From: a virus
Lineage: Duplodnaviria > Caudoviricetes
DNA length: 37,187 nucleotides
IMG/VR virus record: IMGVR_UViG_3300032274_000766
Span: 1-37,187 of that record
Reading direction: 5' to 3' (one strand)
Made by a program: the position numbers and the translations under genes. The first letter of the stretch is position 1; every line of letters starts with the position of its first letter. Shown piece after piece: positions 7,698 through 15,445 of this stretch. The notes under the pieces are model-generated. The model had not been told where the DNA came from. It did not search any database and was given only the letters and a program-made list of their open reading frames with translations.

Positions 7698-8350
7698 AAA
7701 CGGCGGACCTGATTGACGAGCTGGAAGCGGCGGTGGCGGCGGTGAGTGCGGAGCAGATGCGTTGGTTCGCGGGGCAGGGCATCGACGGCGATGTGCGCAA
7801 GCGTTCGGGACCGCTGGGGCGGGTGCGGCTTTTGCCCGACGATCCGGTGGCGGGGCTGTACACGCCCATCGATTGTGACCGGGGCGATGAGGGCGCGATT
7901 GACGCCGTTGTCCACGCGGTGCTGTTTTGGCCTGCGGATGGCTGTCCAGAGGCGTTTCGCTTGCTCGACATGGTTGCCTGGAACCCACACAAACCGGAAC
8001 AATGGTGGTTGCGGTGCGGCGGCGGTGTGACGTGGCTTGGCGCGGGCGCGGTGCTGAACGCCGGGGATGAAAGCTGGGACGCGGGCCTGTTGGGATCGCC
8101 CCGGCCAGACCTTCGGCTTTACCCAACCCCGTTGGACTGGTTACGGGCCGGGGCGCGAAATGACGGCGCGGTGCTGCTGGATGCCGCCGGGCGGCTGTGG
8201 CGCGACGTGCTGGCCGGTGTTGAAAAGGTCATCGTCGAAGACGTTGAATTCGCCGCCGCCGTATACAAACAAATTCGCAAGCGCCCTCCGGTATTCAAAC
8301 TGCCGGAAGTGTGGGTCGATAATATTGAAAAACATGAGGCGGCGGCATGA
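7694..8350 (+). CDS. Conserved phage protein upstream of the helicase (possible divergent primase/TOPRIM-like partner)
   Basis: ATGA-coupled to the D5 helicase; DMVAW.P..P..WWLR.G and LRLYPTPLDWLRAG...GAVLLD motifs; function inferred from position only. Confidence 0.6.
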   Translation: MKTADLIDELEAAVAAVSAEQMRWFAGQGIDGDVRKRSGPLGRVRLLPDDPVAGLYTPIDCDRGDEGAIDAVVHAVLFWPADGCPEAFRLLDMVAWNPHKPEQWWLRCGGGVTWLGAGAVLNAGDESWDAGLLGSPRPDLRLYPTPLDWLRAGARNDGAVLLDAAGRLWRDVLAGVEKVIVEDVEFAAAVYKQIRKRPPVFKLPEVWVDNIEKHEAAA

Positions 8351-9927
8351 CGGGTGCGGAAAAATTCACACCGGGTAAATCCGGCGGCGGGCAGGGGCCA
8401 ACCGAGGAAGCCCCGGCGTGGGCCGATGATGACCTTTACGACGCGGCGGGCTTTGATGGCGACATCAATAACTGGTGCGCCTGGCGGGCAGGGAATGACC
8501 TTGGCAACGCCGAACGCTTTATTGCGCGCTTCGGTGAAGACCTGATTTATGTGGAAAAATCCGGTTGGTACGCTTGGGACGGGGTGCGCTGGAATCGTGA
8601 GGACGGCCCCAGGCGGGTGCAAATAGCAGCCCAACGCACGGCCAAGGCCATCCGCGCAGAGGCCAAGGTGGTTGAAAACCGCAAGGTTGCATTGATGGAA
8701 TGGGCGCGGGATTCTGGGTCGTCGGGAAAAATATCGGCGATGCAGAAAGAAGCTAAACCGCACTTGAGCGTTCGCCACGACGACCTTGACTGCGACCACT
8801 TCCTGTTCACCTGTCATAGCCACACGGTGCGGCTGGGACCGCGCGTTCAGGCGCAAGCACATGACAGGGACGACAAGATTACGCGGACCGGGGGGGCGGG
8901 CTTCGATGAAAGCGCGGACGCGCCGGTGTTTCATGCGTTCCTGGAAAAGATTATGCCAGATAAGAGACTGCGCCGCTTCCTGCAGACTTGGTTCGGCTAC
9001 TGCCTGACTGGCGATATTTCCGAGCAGGTGATGGTGTTGTTGCTGGGCAACGGGTCGAACGGAAAATCGACGCTGCTTAATTGCATCGACCATGTGATTG
9101 GCGATTATCATATGTCTCTGCCCATCGAAAGCCTGATGCGCAAGGAAGGCAAGCAAGGTAGTGGACCAAGCCCGGATATCGCCCGCCTGCCCGGTGCGCG
9201 CATGGTGACGACATCGGAACCGGAAACCGGGGCGCAGTTTTCTGAATCCATCATTAAACAGATTACCGGTGGTGAAAAAATAGTCGCGCGGCACCTGCAA
9301 GAATCATTCTTTGAATTTATTCCGGTATTTAAGGTCACGGTTTCCATGAACAACAAGCCGCGCATTCGCGGCCAGGACGATGGTATCTGGCGCAGATTAC
9401 TGCTGGTGCCGTTCGACCAGAAAGTCGGCAAGGATGACGTGACACCGGTGTACGCCGCCCTGGAGGATGAGGCGGCGGGTATTTTCCGTTGGATGCTTGA
9501 AGGTGTTGAGTTGTGGTTCGAGGAAGATGAATACGGCCATCGCAAAGGCCTTGACGTGCCGGAACAAATACAGAGCGCCGTTGATGAATACCGGGCGGAC
9601 TCATCGCCGCTTTCGGAATTCATCGCCGACCGGGTGGTGTTGGCTGGCGGGGACGCTGAAAGTATTGTCGCCGGGCAGTTGTTCGCGACCTACAAGCAAT
9701 GGGCGGCAGACAACGGCTACGACGCATGGAACATGACCATGTTCGGCAGGCGCATGAATGATGGTAATTACAAAAAGGTCAAGCGCGGTGGACTTAAGCA
9801 TTACCTCGGCATGCGATTGAAAGACGCGGCGGCGGTCCAGGCCGGGGAGGGTGGGGACAGTTCGACGGGCGATCCGCGACCAGAACCGCCTCCATCGAGC
9901 TGTGACGGGGTGAGGCCGGATGGGTAA
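8347..9927 (+). CDS. P4/D5-family primase-helicase (D5_N, SF3 helicase, C-terminal winged helix)
   Basis: NDLGNAERF, W..WDG.RW, Walker A G.GSNGKST, IKQITGGEKI.ARHL, N.KPRIRGQDDGIWRR. Confidence 0.92.
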   Translation: MTGAEKFTPGKSGGGQGPTEEAPAWADDDLYDAAGFDGDINNWCAWRAGNDLGNAERFIARFGEDLIYVEKSGWYAWDGVRWNREDGPRRVQIAAQRTAKAIRAEAKVVENRKVALMEWARDSGSSGKISAMQKEAKPHLSVRHDDLDCDHFLFTCHSHTVRLGPRVQAQAHDRDDKITRTGGAGFDESADAPVFHAFLEKIMPDKRLRRFLQTWFGYCLTGDISEQVMVLLLGNGSNGKSTLLNCIDHVIGDYHMSLPIESLMRKEGKQGSGPSPDIARLPGARMVTTSEPETGAQFSESIIKQITGGEKIVARHLQESFFEFIPVFKVTVSMNNKPRIRGQDDGIWRRLLLVPFDQKVGKDDVTPVYAALEDEAAGIFRWMLEGVELWFEEDEYGHRKGLDVPEQIQSAVDEYRADSSPLSEFIADRVVLAGGDAESIVAGQLFATYKQWAADNGYDAWNMTMFGRRMNDGNYKKVKRGGLKHYLGMRLKDAAAVQAGEGGDSSTGDPRPEPPPSSCDGVRPDG

Positions 9928-10091
9928 ACGGGCGCGAACTGTCCCCACCCTCCCCAAACTGTCCTGATTTGACGTGGCGGTTGCAAAGGGTTGGGGACAG
10001 TTGGACAGTTTGGAGGGTTTGTTTGCTTAGGTTCATGTGCTCAGGCGTAAGAGAAAGACTTAAGAAAACTATCCAAACTGTCCAACTGTCC
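9844..10091. repeat. Two long perfect inverted repeats built from GGACAGTT iterons; putative replication origin
   Basis: 9844-9864 / 9935-9955 (21 bp) and 9995-10014 / 10072-10091 (20 bp); extra AACTGTCC at 9957-9964; AT-rich tract follows (about 10125-10145). Confidence 0.8.
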
Positions 10092-10187
10092 TGTTTTTAC
10101 GAGTGATTGCCATCACATAGCCTTAGTTGAAAAATAATTTATAACCTTCGGTTCGTTTGGACCTGGGTGGTTACACAGGGACGTTAA

Positions 10188-10793
10188 ATGAAAAATAAAC
10201 TCTCAAGTGCAAAGCAGAATATTGATATCGAGCAATTATTAATCTGGGTCTATAGGGATCAGGCAGCCGAAGCGGTTACGTCAAGGGCGGCTGGTTTTGG
10301 CCCGGCGCTTCTTCCAGGGTATGCGTATGGCAGCGGCGACAGTACAGGCCCGGTCGAACGCTATGGACGGCTGGGCTGTTCGGTCGATTGCGCCGGGGCG
10401 GCGGCGTCGGGCAATAATGAACTCCACCCCGATGCGGAAACGATATATGAGGCAGTCGGTTTTAATCCGTTGATTGTTCAACATGCCAGAACCGGGACGC
10501 GCCCGGATTGGATGGAAGGGGAAGTGACGCACTATGAACCGGTCGATGGTTGGAAGGATGACAAAGAAGGCGCGCGGGTGCCGAAGCGGTATGATTACGA
10601 TATCACCGTTGGTATTGGTCATCGGCCTTGGTTGTGTCGGGTGCGAATCGTCAATCAACCAAGCATGATTATCTTTGCCAGGGCGCAATACGGTGAGTGG
10701 TGGCAGGCGATGGCTGACTTGTCGGTAAGGCTTGAACTATTGGAATACATAGCCTCGCCGCCGTCTGCCCCGGCCTGTCCTTGGTCGGTGTGA
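10188..10793 (+). CDS. Hypothetical protein at the late-regulator (Q-like) position
   Basis: CAGGGA RBS; DIEQLLIWVYRDQ...LHPDAETI...HARTGTRPDW; lies between replication and packaging modules. Confidence 0.65.
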   Translation: MKNKLSSAKQNIDIEQLLIWVYRDQAAEAVTSRAAGFGPALLPGYAYGSGDSTGPVERYGRLGCSVDCAGAAASGNNELHPDAETIYEAVGFNPLIVQHARTGTRPDWMEGEVTHYEPVDGWKDDKEGARVPKRYDYDITVGIGHRPWLCRVRIVNQPSMIIFARAQYGEWWQAMADLSVRLELLEYIASPPSAPACPWSV

Positions 10794-10801
10794 TTTTATG
10801 C

Positions 10802-10828
10802 TTGACATGGAGGGGGAAAAATTTGACA
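10802..10828 (+). promoter_or_regulatory. Tandem TTGACA elements; putative late promoter
   Basis: TTGACA at 10802-10807 and 10823-10828; no convincing -10 hexamer. Confidence 0.4.
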
Positions 10829-10861
10829 AGTGACCCAGCGGGACATGCGCCCGCACTACAG

Positions 10862-10893
10862 AAACCGCCCCGGAAATCCGGAGGCGGTTTTTT
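10862..10893 (+). terminator. Rho-independent terminator (tR'-like)
   Basis: AAACCGCCCCGG-AAAT-CCGGAGGCGGTTT stem (one mismatch) ending in a T6 tract. Confidence 0.8.
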
Positions 10894-10981
10894 CGTGCGC
10901 GCCTGCTGTGGTCGCCATAACCCCTGCTGGGGCGCTGTTGGTTTGGTCGGGTAGCAAGGTACGCTGGGTTGCCCCCCCTTT

Positions 10982-11083
10982 GGGTCCTTCCGGGAACCAA
11001 AACAGATACGGGCGGCAGGGGCGTGGGGAAAAACTAGTGCGGCTTTTGGGATTTGATGCAACGTAAGGGCTGCATCATGCAAC
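10982..11083 (+). other. Lambda-like cos site (cosQ, cosN, cosB-like repeats)
   Basis: GGGTCCT (lambda cosQ heptamer) at 10982-10988; TACG GGCGGCAGGGG CGT at 11007-11024 resembles lambda TTACG GGGCGGCGACCT CGC; ATGCA(A/G)C repeats at 11054-11083; the phage encodes a GpA-type terminase. Confidence 0.7.
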
Positions 11084-11106
11084 ATCTGATCAATACAAAT
11101 CATGGT

Positions 11107-11241
11107 TCCTGCGGTGGCGGGGGCCGGGGTGTTTATGCACCCCGAACCGCGAGGCTGTAACCCCGCACGTCCAAGCCGACCGGTCGGCTTGACTGTCCCG
11201 CCTTCCCTCCGCGAAGGGATGGCGATAGTTGTATCGCAGGA
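11107..11241 (+). ncRNA. Putative structured cis-regulatory leader of the ParB-methyltransferase gene
   Basis: Multiple helices visible by eye; the outer helix covers the AGGA RBS; not assigned to a known family. Confidence 0.5.
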
Positions 11242-11247
11242 CGTGTC

Positions 11248-12618
11248 ATGGTGAAACCTTCGTTTCGACTTAAGGTCGAAGCCTGGCCTGTTGAGGCATT
11301 GGCACCGGCTTTAAGAAATCCGCGCGAGCATCCGGTTGGACAGCTTGCGGCGTTAAAGAATTCTATTCTGGCCTTCGGGTTTAATAATCCGATTTTGGCA
11401 AGTTCTGACGGCAGCATTATCGCCGGGGAAGCGCGCTGGTTGGTGGCTGGCGATCTGGGCATGGCCCAGGTTCCGGTCATCGTGCTGGATCATTTAAGTG
11501 AGAACGAACGCCAGGCCTACGCGCTGGCCGACAACAAGATACCGCTGGGCGGTGTTTGGGACGAAGAAATGCTGGGCCAGATCATGGCCGACCTTGAGGC
11601 GGTGGCCTTCGATATTTCGCTGACCGGTTTCAGCGACGGTGAGATTGACGACCTGCTGGCGTTGGCCGCCGGTGATGTGCTTGAGGATTTAGACCAGGCA
11701 CCGCCGCCGCCGGTTGTTGCGGTCAGTCAGATTGGCGATGTCTGGGAGTTGGGCGAACACCGCCTGATTTGTGGTGACAGCACGAAGACCGAGACGTTCG
11801 AGAAATTGCTTTCCGGTCAAACCGCCGGGAGCGTTGTTTGTGACATGGTTTTTACCGACCCGCCTTATGGCATGGCTTATGATGGCGGGCGGGCTTTGAG
11901 GGAAGCGCCGGGGCTGGTTTTCACAGACCCGCCGTACGGTATGAGTTTCGGGGCTGGCAAGGAAGCCGGTTCGACGGCGAAGGGCTCGCTGGTTAAAGCC
12001 CACGGTCAGATCATCGGTGATGATGCGCGCGGGGAGGACCTGGTTAATCTGGTTGGTGAGGCATTGAAACGGGCGCACGAAGTGGCCTGGCCGGAGGCGG
12101 CGTTTTATGTTTGTTTTACCTGGCGGACTTACTGCGAATTTGAGCGCGGGCTTAAAGAGGCTGGCTTAAACATTGCGGCCTGCATCGTTTGGGATAAAGG
12201 TTCCATCGGGCTGGGTCATCAACACTACCGACCGCAGCATGAATTTATCTTTTACTGCAAGGGTGCAAACTGGAACGGCGGCAAGGGCGAAAGCGACATT
12301 TGGGAATTTTCGCGCGGGCATACTGAAAGCTATGTTCACCCGACGCAGAAACCGGTTGATCTGATCAAGCGCGCCATCGGTAATTCGAGCCGTCGCGGCG
12401 ATCTGGTGCTGGACCTGTTCGGCGGTTCGGGTTCTACCGTCATTGCCTGCGAGGCGATGGGGCGGCGGGCGCGGGTGGTTGAACTGGACCCTAAATATTG
12501 TGATGTGATCGCCTGTCGATGGCAACAATTTGCGGGTGGCGCGGCGCGGCTTTTGGGCGACGGTCAGAGCTTTGATGAAACGGCGCTCTCAAGGAAAAAC
12601 ACAGGAACCATTGCATGA
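11248..12618 (+). CDS. ParB-N domain fused to N4/N6 DNA methyltransferase
   Basis: RNPREH...SI..FGFNNPIL...IIAGEAR...ADNK (ParB-N); GDVWELGEHRLICGDS, DPPY twice, HPTQKP, VLDLFGGSGST. Confidence 0.92.
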   Translation: MVKPSFRLKVEAWPVEALAPALRNPREHPVGQLAALKNSILAFGFNNPILASSDGSIIAGEARWLVAGDLGMAQVPVIVLDHLSENERQAYALADNKIPLGGVWDEEMLGQIMADLEAVAFDISLTGFSDGEIDDLLALAAGDVLEDLDQAPPPPVVAVSQIGDVWELGEHRLICGDSTKTETFEKLLSGQTAGSVVCDMVFTDPPYGMAYDGGRALREAPGLVFTDPPYGMSFGAGKEAGSTAKGSLVKAHGQIIGDDARGEDLVNLVGEALKRAHEVAWPEAAFYVCFTWRTYCEFERGLKEAGLNIAACIVWDKGSIGLGHQHYRPQHEFIFYCKGANWNGGKGESDIWEFSRGHTESYVHPTQKPVDLIKRAIGNSSRRGDLVLDLFGGSGSTVIACEAMGRRARVVELDPKYCDVIACRWQQFAGGAARLLGDGQSFDETALSRKNTGTIA

Positions 12619-13169
12619 GCGACCTTGTCAGTATCAGCGCCGCCGCGAAGGTGATTGGCATCGATAAATCGGTCCTGTCGCGTTACATCGCTGACTATCC
12701 GGACCTGGTTAAGGATGAAAAAGGTCGGTCCAAGCTGGTCAATGTGGCCGAGGTTAAAGACCACCGGGAGCAAAATGTTAATCTACTGATGTCGGATAAC
12801 CATAAAGGCGACGCGCCTGATGTGGATGTGCCTGCTGATCATTCAACAGGTAAACAAGAACCCAATTACAAAAATGCAAAAATCGTTGGTGAGTATGCCA
12901 ATGCACGGATGAGGCAGCTTGATCTGGCCGCCCGGTTGGGTCAGACGCTCGATACCGCACTGGTCGAGGCGGCGCTGGCCGACGCGGGGCAGATGCTGGT
13001 GCAGGCCATGGAGGCCCGCCACCGGCTGCTGGGTGACGAGTTGGCGACCATGAACGACCCGCGCGCAATAGCAGCGCGCCTGAAACTGTCTGACCGCGAG
13101 GTTCTGGAGAAAGTATCCGATGCTCTTGTCCACGCACTTAGGCCAGACGCGGAGGCCGCTGCCGCCTGA
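12615..13169 (+). CDS. Terminase small subunit (Nu1-like)
   Basis: N-terminal wHTH-like (VSISAAAKVIGIDKSVLSRY), coiled-coil C-terminus; directly upstream of and overlapping terL. Confidence 0.75.
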   Translation: MSDLVSISAAAKVIGIDKSVLSRYIADYPDLVKDEKGRSKLVNVAEVKDHREQNVNLLMSDNHKGDAPDVDVPADHSTGKQEPNYKNAKIVGEYANARMRQLDLAARLGQTLDTALVEAALADAGQMLVQAMEARHRLLGDELATMNDPRAIAARLKLSDREVLEKVSDALVHALRPDAEAAAA

Positions 13170-15210
13170 TCTGGCGGGGCAACTTGCGGACGCAAGAGAA
13201 ACCGTTTTTGAAGCCTTAGCGGCGGCGATACGACCCGCGCCGGAAATTACGGTCAGCCAGTGGGCCGATGAAAATCGTTATGTGGCGACGGAGTCCTCGC
13301 CGCATCCGGGCAAGTGGCGGACTGATCTTGTGCCATATATGCGCGAAGTGATGGACGTGTTATCGCCCGGCCATCCTTGTCGTGAGGTGGCGTTTAGCAA
13401 AAGTCACCAGATTGGCGGCACCGAAGGTGGGGCTAATTTTTTTGGAACCATCGTTGATCGCGACCCAGGGCCGACGATGATCGTGCTGCCGACGCTGGAT
13501 GAGGCCAAGAAATACAACCGGGTCAAACTAGACCCGGCGATTCAGGCGACGCCGGTATTGCGGCGGAAAATAAGGACACAGAAAAGCCGCGACGCCCAAG
13601 GCTCGACGACACTGTTCAAGAAGTTTCCCGGCGGGTTCCTGGTGATAACCGGGGCCAATTCTTCTGCCGGGTTGCAGATGGTGTCGGTGCGTTATCTGAT
13701 ACTGGAAGAGGTTTCGGAATTTCCCGACGACGTGGACGGGCGCGGTGATCCGGTGGCGCTGGCGCTTAAACGGACGACGGCGTTTTCTGAAAGCCGCAAG
13801 GTTTTTTATGTCTCGACACCCGGCGTCAAGGGGACGTGCCGGGTGACCATCAAGTACGAGGCATCGGATCAACGCTGTTACTACGTCCAGTGTCCGCACT
13901 GCGGTGCCTGGCAACAACTGAAATTTGACGCCCTGAAATGGGATAACACCTTCCCGCCGTTTGGGGCGTGGTTTGAATGCCGGGCGAAGAAATGCCGCAT
14001 CGATCATCACCTGAAAACGGCGATGGTCGCGGGCGGTGTGTGGATAAAATGCTTTCCTGACGAGGCCGGTGAAGTGCCGCTGGATGTGTTGAGTATTGAT
14101 GAATTTGCGCGCTGGTCGGACCGGGACAGTCGGGGTCGGGAACCGGGCTTCCATATCTGGCAGGCTTATTCGCCGTTCCCGCATTGGGACGATATGGTCG
14201 ATGATTGGCAGACCGCCGAAGGCGACCCGCACGAGGAAAAGGTGTTCTGCCAGCAGGTGCTTGGCAAGGCTTGGGAAGAAAAGGGCGAAGCGCCGGACCA
14301 CGAGAAACTGTTTGCGCGGCGCGAGGCGTACAAACTTGGCACGCTTCCGCCTGGGGCGCTGGTGCTGACCGGCATGGCCGACGTACAGGGCAACCGCCTT
14401 GAATACGGCGTGTATGGCTGGGGCATCGGGCTGGGTGGCTTCCTGGTCGATAAAGGGGTGCTTGAGGGCGACCCGTCGGACGATGACGTGTGGCGCAGGT
14501 TGGATGAGGTCATCGCCAAAACATACACGACGCCGGGTGGTAAAGAATTGGCGATTGACGCTTTCGCCGTTGATTCCGGTTACCTGTCGCACCGGGTTTA
14601 TATGTTCTGCCGTGGCCGTCCGAATGTGCTGGCCTTCGATGGACGCCCAGGCGCGTTGCACCCGTTTATAGGGACGCCGAAGAAAGTCGATATCAACTGG
14701 AAGGGCCGCGTCATCAAGGGCGGCACGATGTTGTGGCCGACCGGCACATGGCCACTGAAAAGCTGGGTCTACGGGGCGTTCCGCAAGACCATAAACGGCC
14801 CTGACGAAGACGGTTTGTGGCCGGTCGGGGCTTTACGTTATCCGGATGCTTGCGATGAGGAATATTTCAAGCAACTGACTGCGGAATATCAGGCCGAGGT
14901 CGAGAAGAATGGTCGTTCGATAAGGATTTGGAAGAAAATTAAAAACCAGCCCAACGAGGCGCTGGACATCGTCGTCGGTGCGCGGGCGCTGGCTTATCAC
15001 TTAGGCCTGGACCGTATGAAACACGACGACTGGCAAGCCCTTGCTATTGATCGTGGGGCGTCACCGGAAGATGTGCAGCGCGACATGGCGGGGCTTTGGT
15101 CACCGGGACCGGTGGCTGAGACACCGGCTGCGCCGGGCGTAACGGTGGACCGCTCGGCAAATGTGATTGAGCGGGGCGCAGGTGGTGTGCGCGTTCGTGG
15201 GCAAACTTAA
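13120..15210 (+). CDS. Terminase large subunit, lambda GpA family
   Basis: TVSQWADENR, G.WRT...PY.RE.MD, KSHQIGGTE, STP..KG, CPHCG, DVQGNRLE, VDSGY, NEALD; exact start uncertain. Confidence 0.95.
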   Translation: MLLSTHLGQTRRPLPPDLAGQLADARETVFEALAAAIRPAPEITVSQWADENRYVATESSPHPGKWRTDLVPYMREVMDVLSPGHPCREVAFSKSHQIGGTEGGANFFGTIVDRDPGPTMIVLPTLDEAKKYNRVKLDPAIQATPVLRRKIRTQKSRDAQGSTTLFKKFPGGFLVITGANSSAGLQMVSVRYLILEEVSEFPDDVDGRGDPVALALKRTTAFSESRKVFYVSTPGVKGTCRVTIKYEASDQRCYYVQCPHCGAWQQLKFDALKWDNTFPPFGAWFECRAKKCRIDHHLKTAMVAGGVWIKCFPDEAGEVPLDVLSIDEFARWSDRDSRGREPGFHIWQAYSPFPHWDDMVDDWQTAEGDPHEEKVFCQQVLGKAWEEKGEAPDHEKLFARREAYKLGTLPPGALVLTGMADVQGNRLEYGVYGWGIGLGGFLVDKGVLEGDPSDDDVWRRLDEVIAKTYTTPGGKELAIDAFAVDSGYLSHRVYMFCRGRPNVLAFDGRPGALHPFIGTPKKVDINWKGRVIKGGTMLWPTGTWPLKSWVYGAFRKTINGPDEDGLWPVGALRYPDACDEEYFKQLTAEYQAEVEKNGRSIRIWKKIKNQPNEALDIVVGARALAYHLGLDRMKHDDWQALAIDRGASPEDVQRDMAGLWSPGPVAETPAAPGVTVDRSANVIERGAGGVRVRGQT

Positions 15211-15227
15211 ACATTAGCAAAGGGGCC

Positions 15228-15443
15228 ATGATGGCATCCGGATATACCCAAGCACAACTCACCGCCCTGCAGGGGGCGTTTGCCAGCGGACATTTACGCG
15301 TTACGCACGATGGATCGACGTTTGAATATCGCAACACCGCCGACTTGGAGCGGGCAATCCAGCGAGTCGAAAGTGGTCTTGCCGCAGATGCCGGAACTGT
15401 ACCTGTTCGTCAGGTTCGTGTCGTCACGAGTAAGGGAATTTAA
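15228..15443 (+). CDS. Head-tail joining protein (gpW-like)
   Basis: YTQAQL.AL..A.ASG.LRV..DG...EYR...DL; between terL and portal. Confidence 0.85.
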   Translation: MMASGYTQAQLTALQGAFASGHLRVTHDGSTFEYRNTADLERAIQRVESGLAADAGTVPVRQVRVVTSKGI

Positions 15444-15445
15444 TC

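Noticed and set aside
9844-10091. CRISPR array or IS/MITE ends
   Set aside because: Repeats are inverted and irregularly spaced, with no unique spacers, cas genes or transposase; an origin fits better
10837-10859. Additional repressor operator (GCGGG-N7-CCCGCACTAC)
   Set aside because: Spacer is 7 nt and GC-rich instead of 6 nt and AT-rich; more simply an RNA hairpin before the terminator
11107-11241. tRNA or known ribozyme
   Set aside because: No TTCGA T-loop or CCA end and no CUGANGA/GAAA hammerhead core; kept as an unassigned leader
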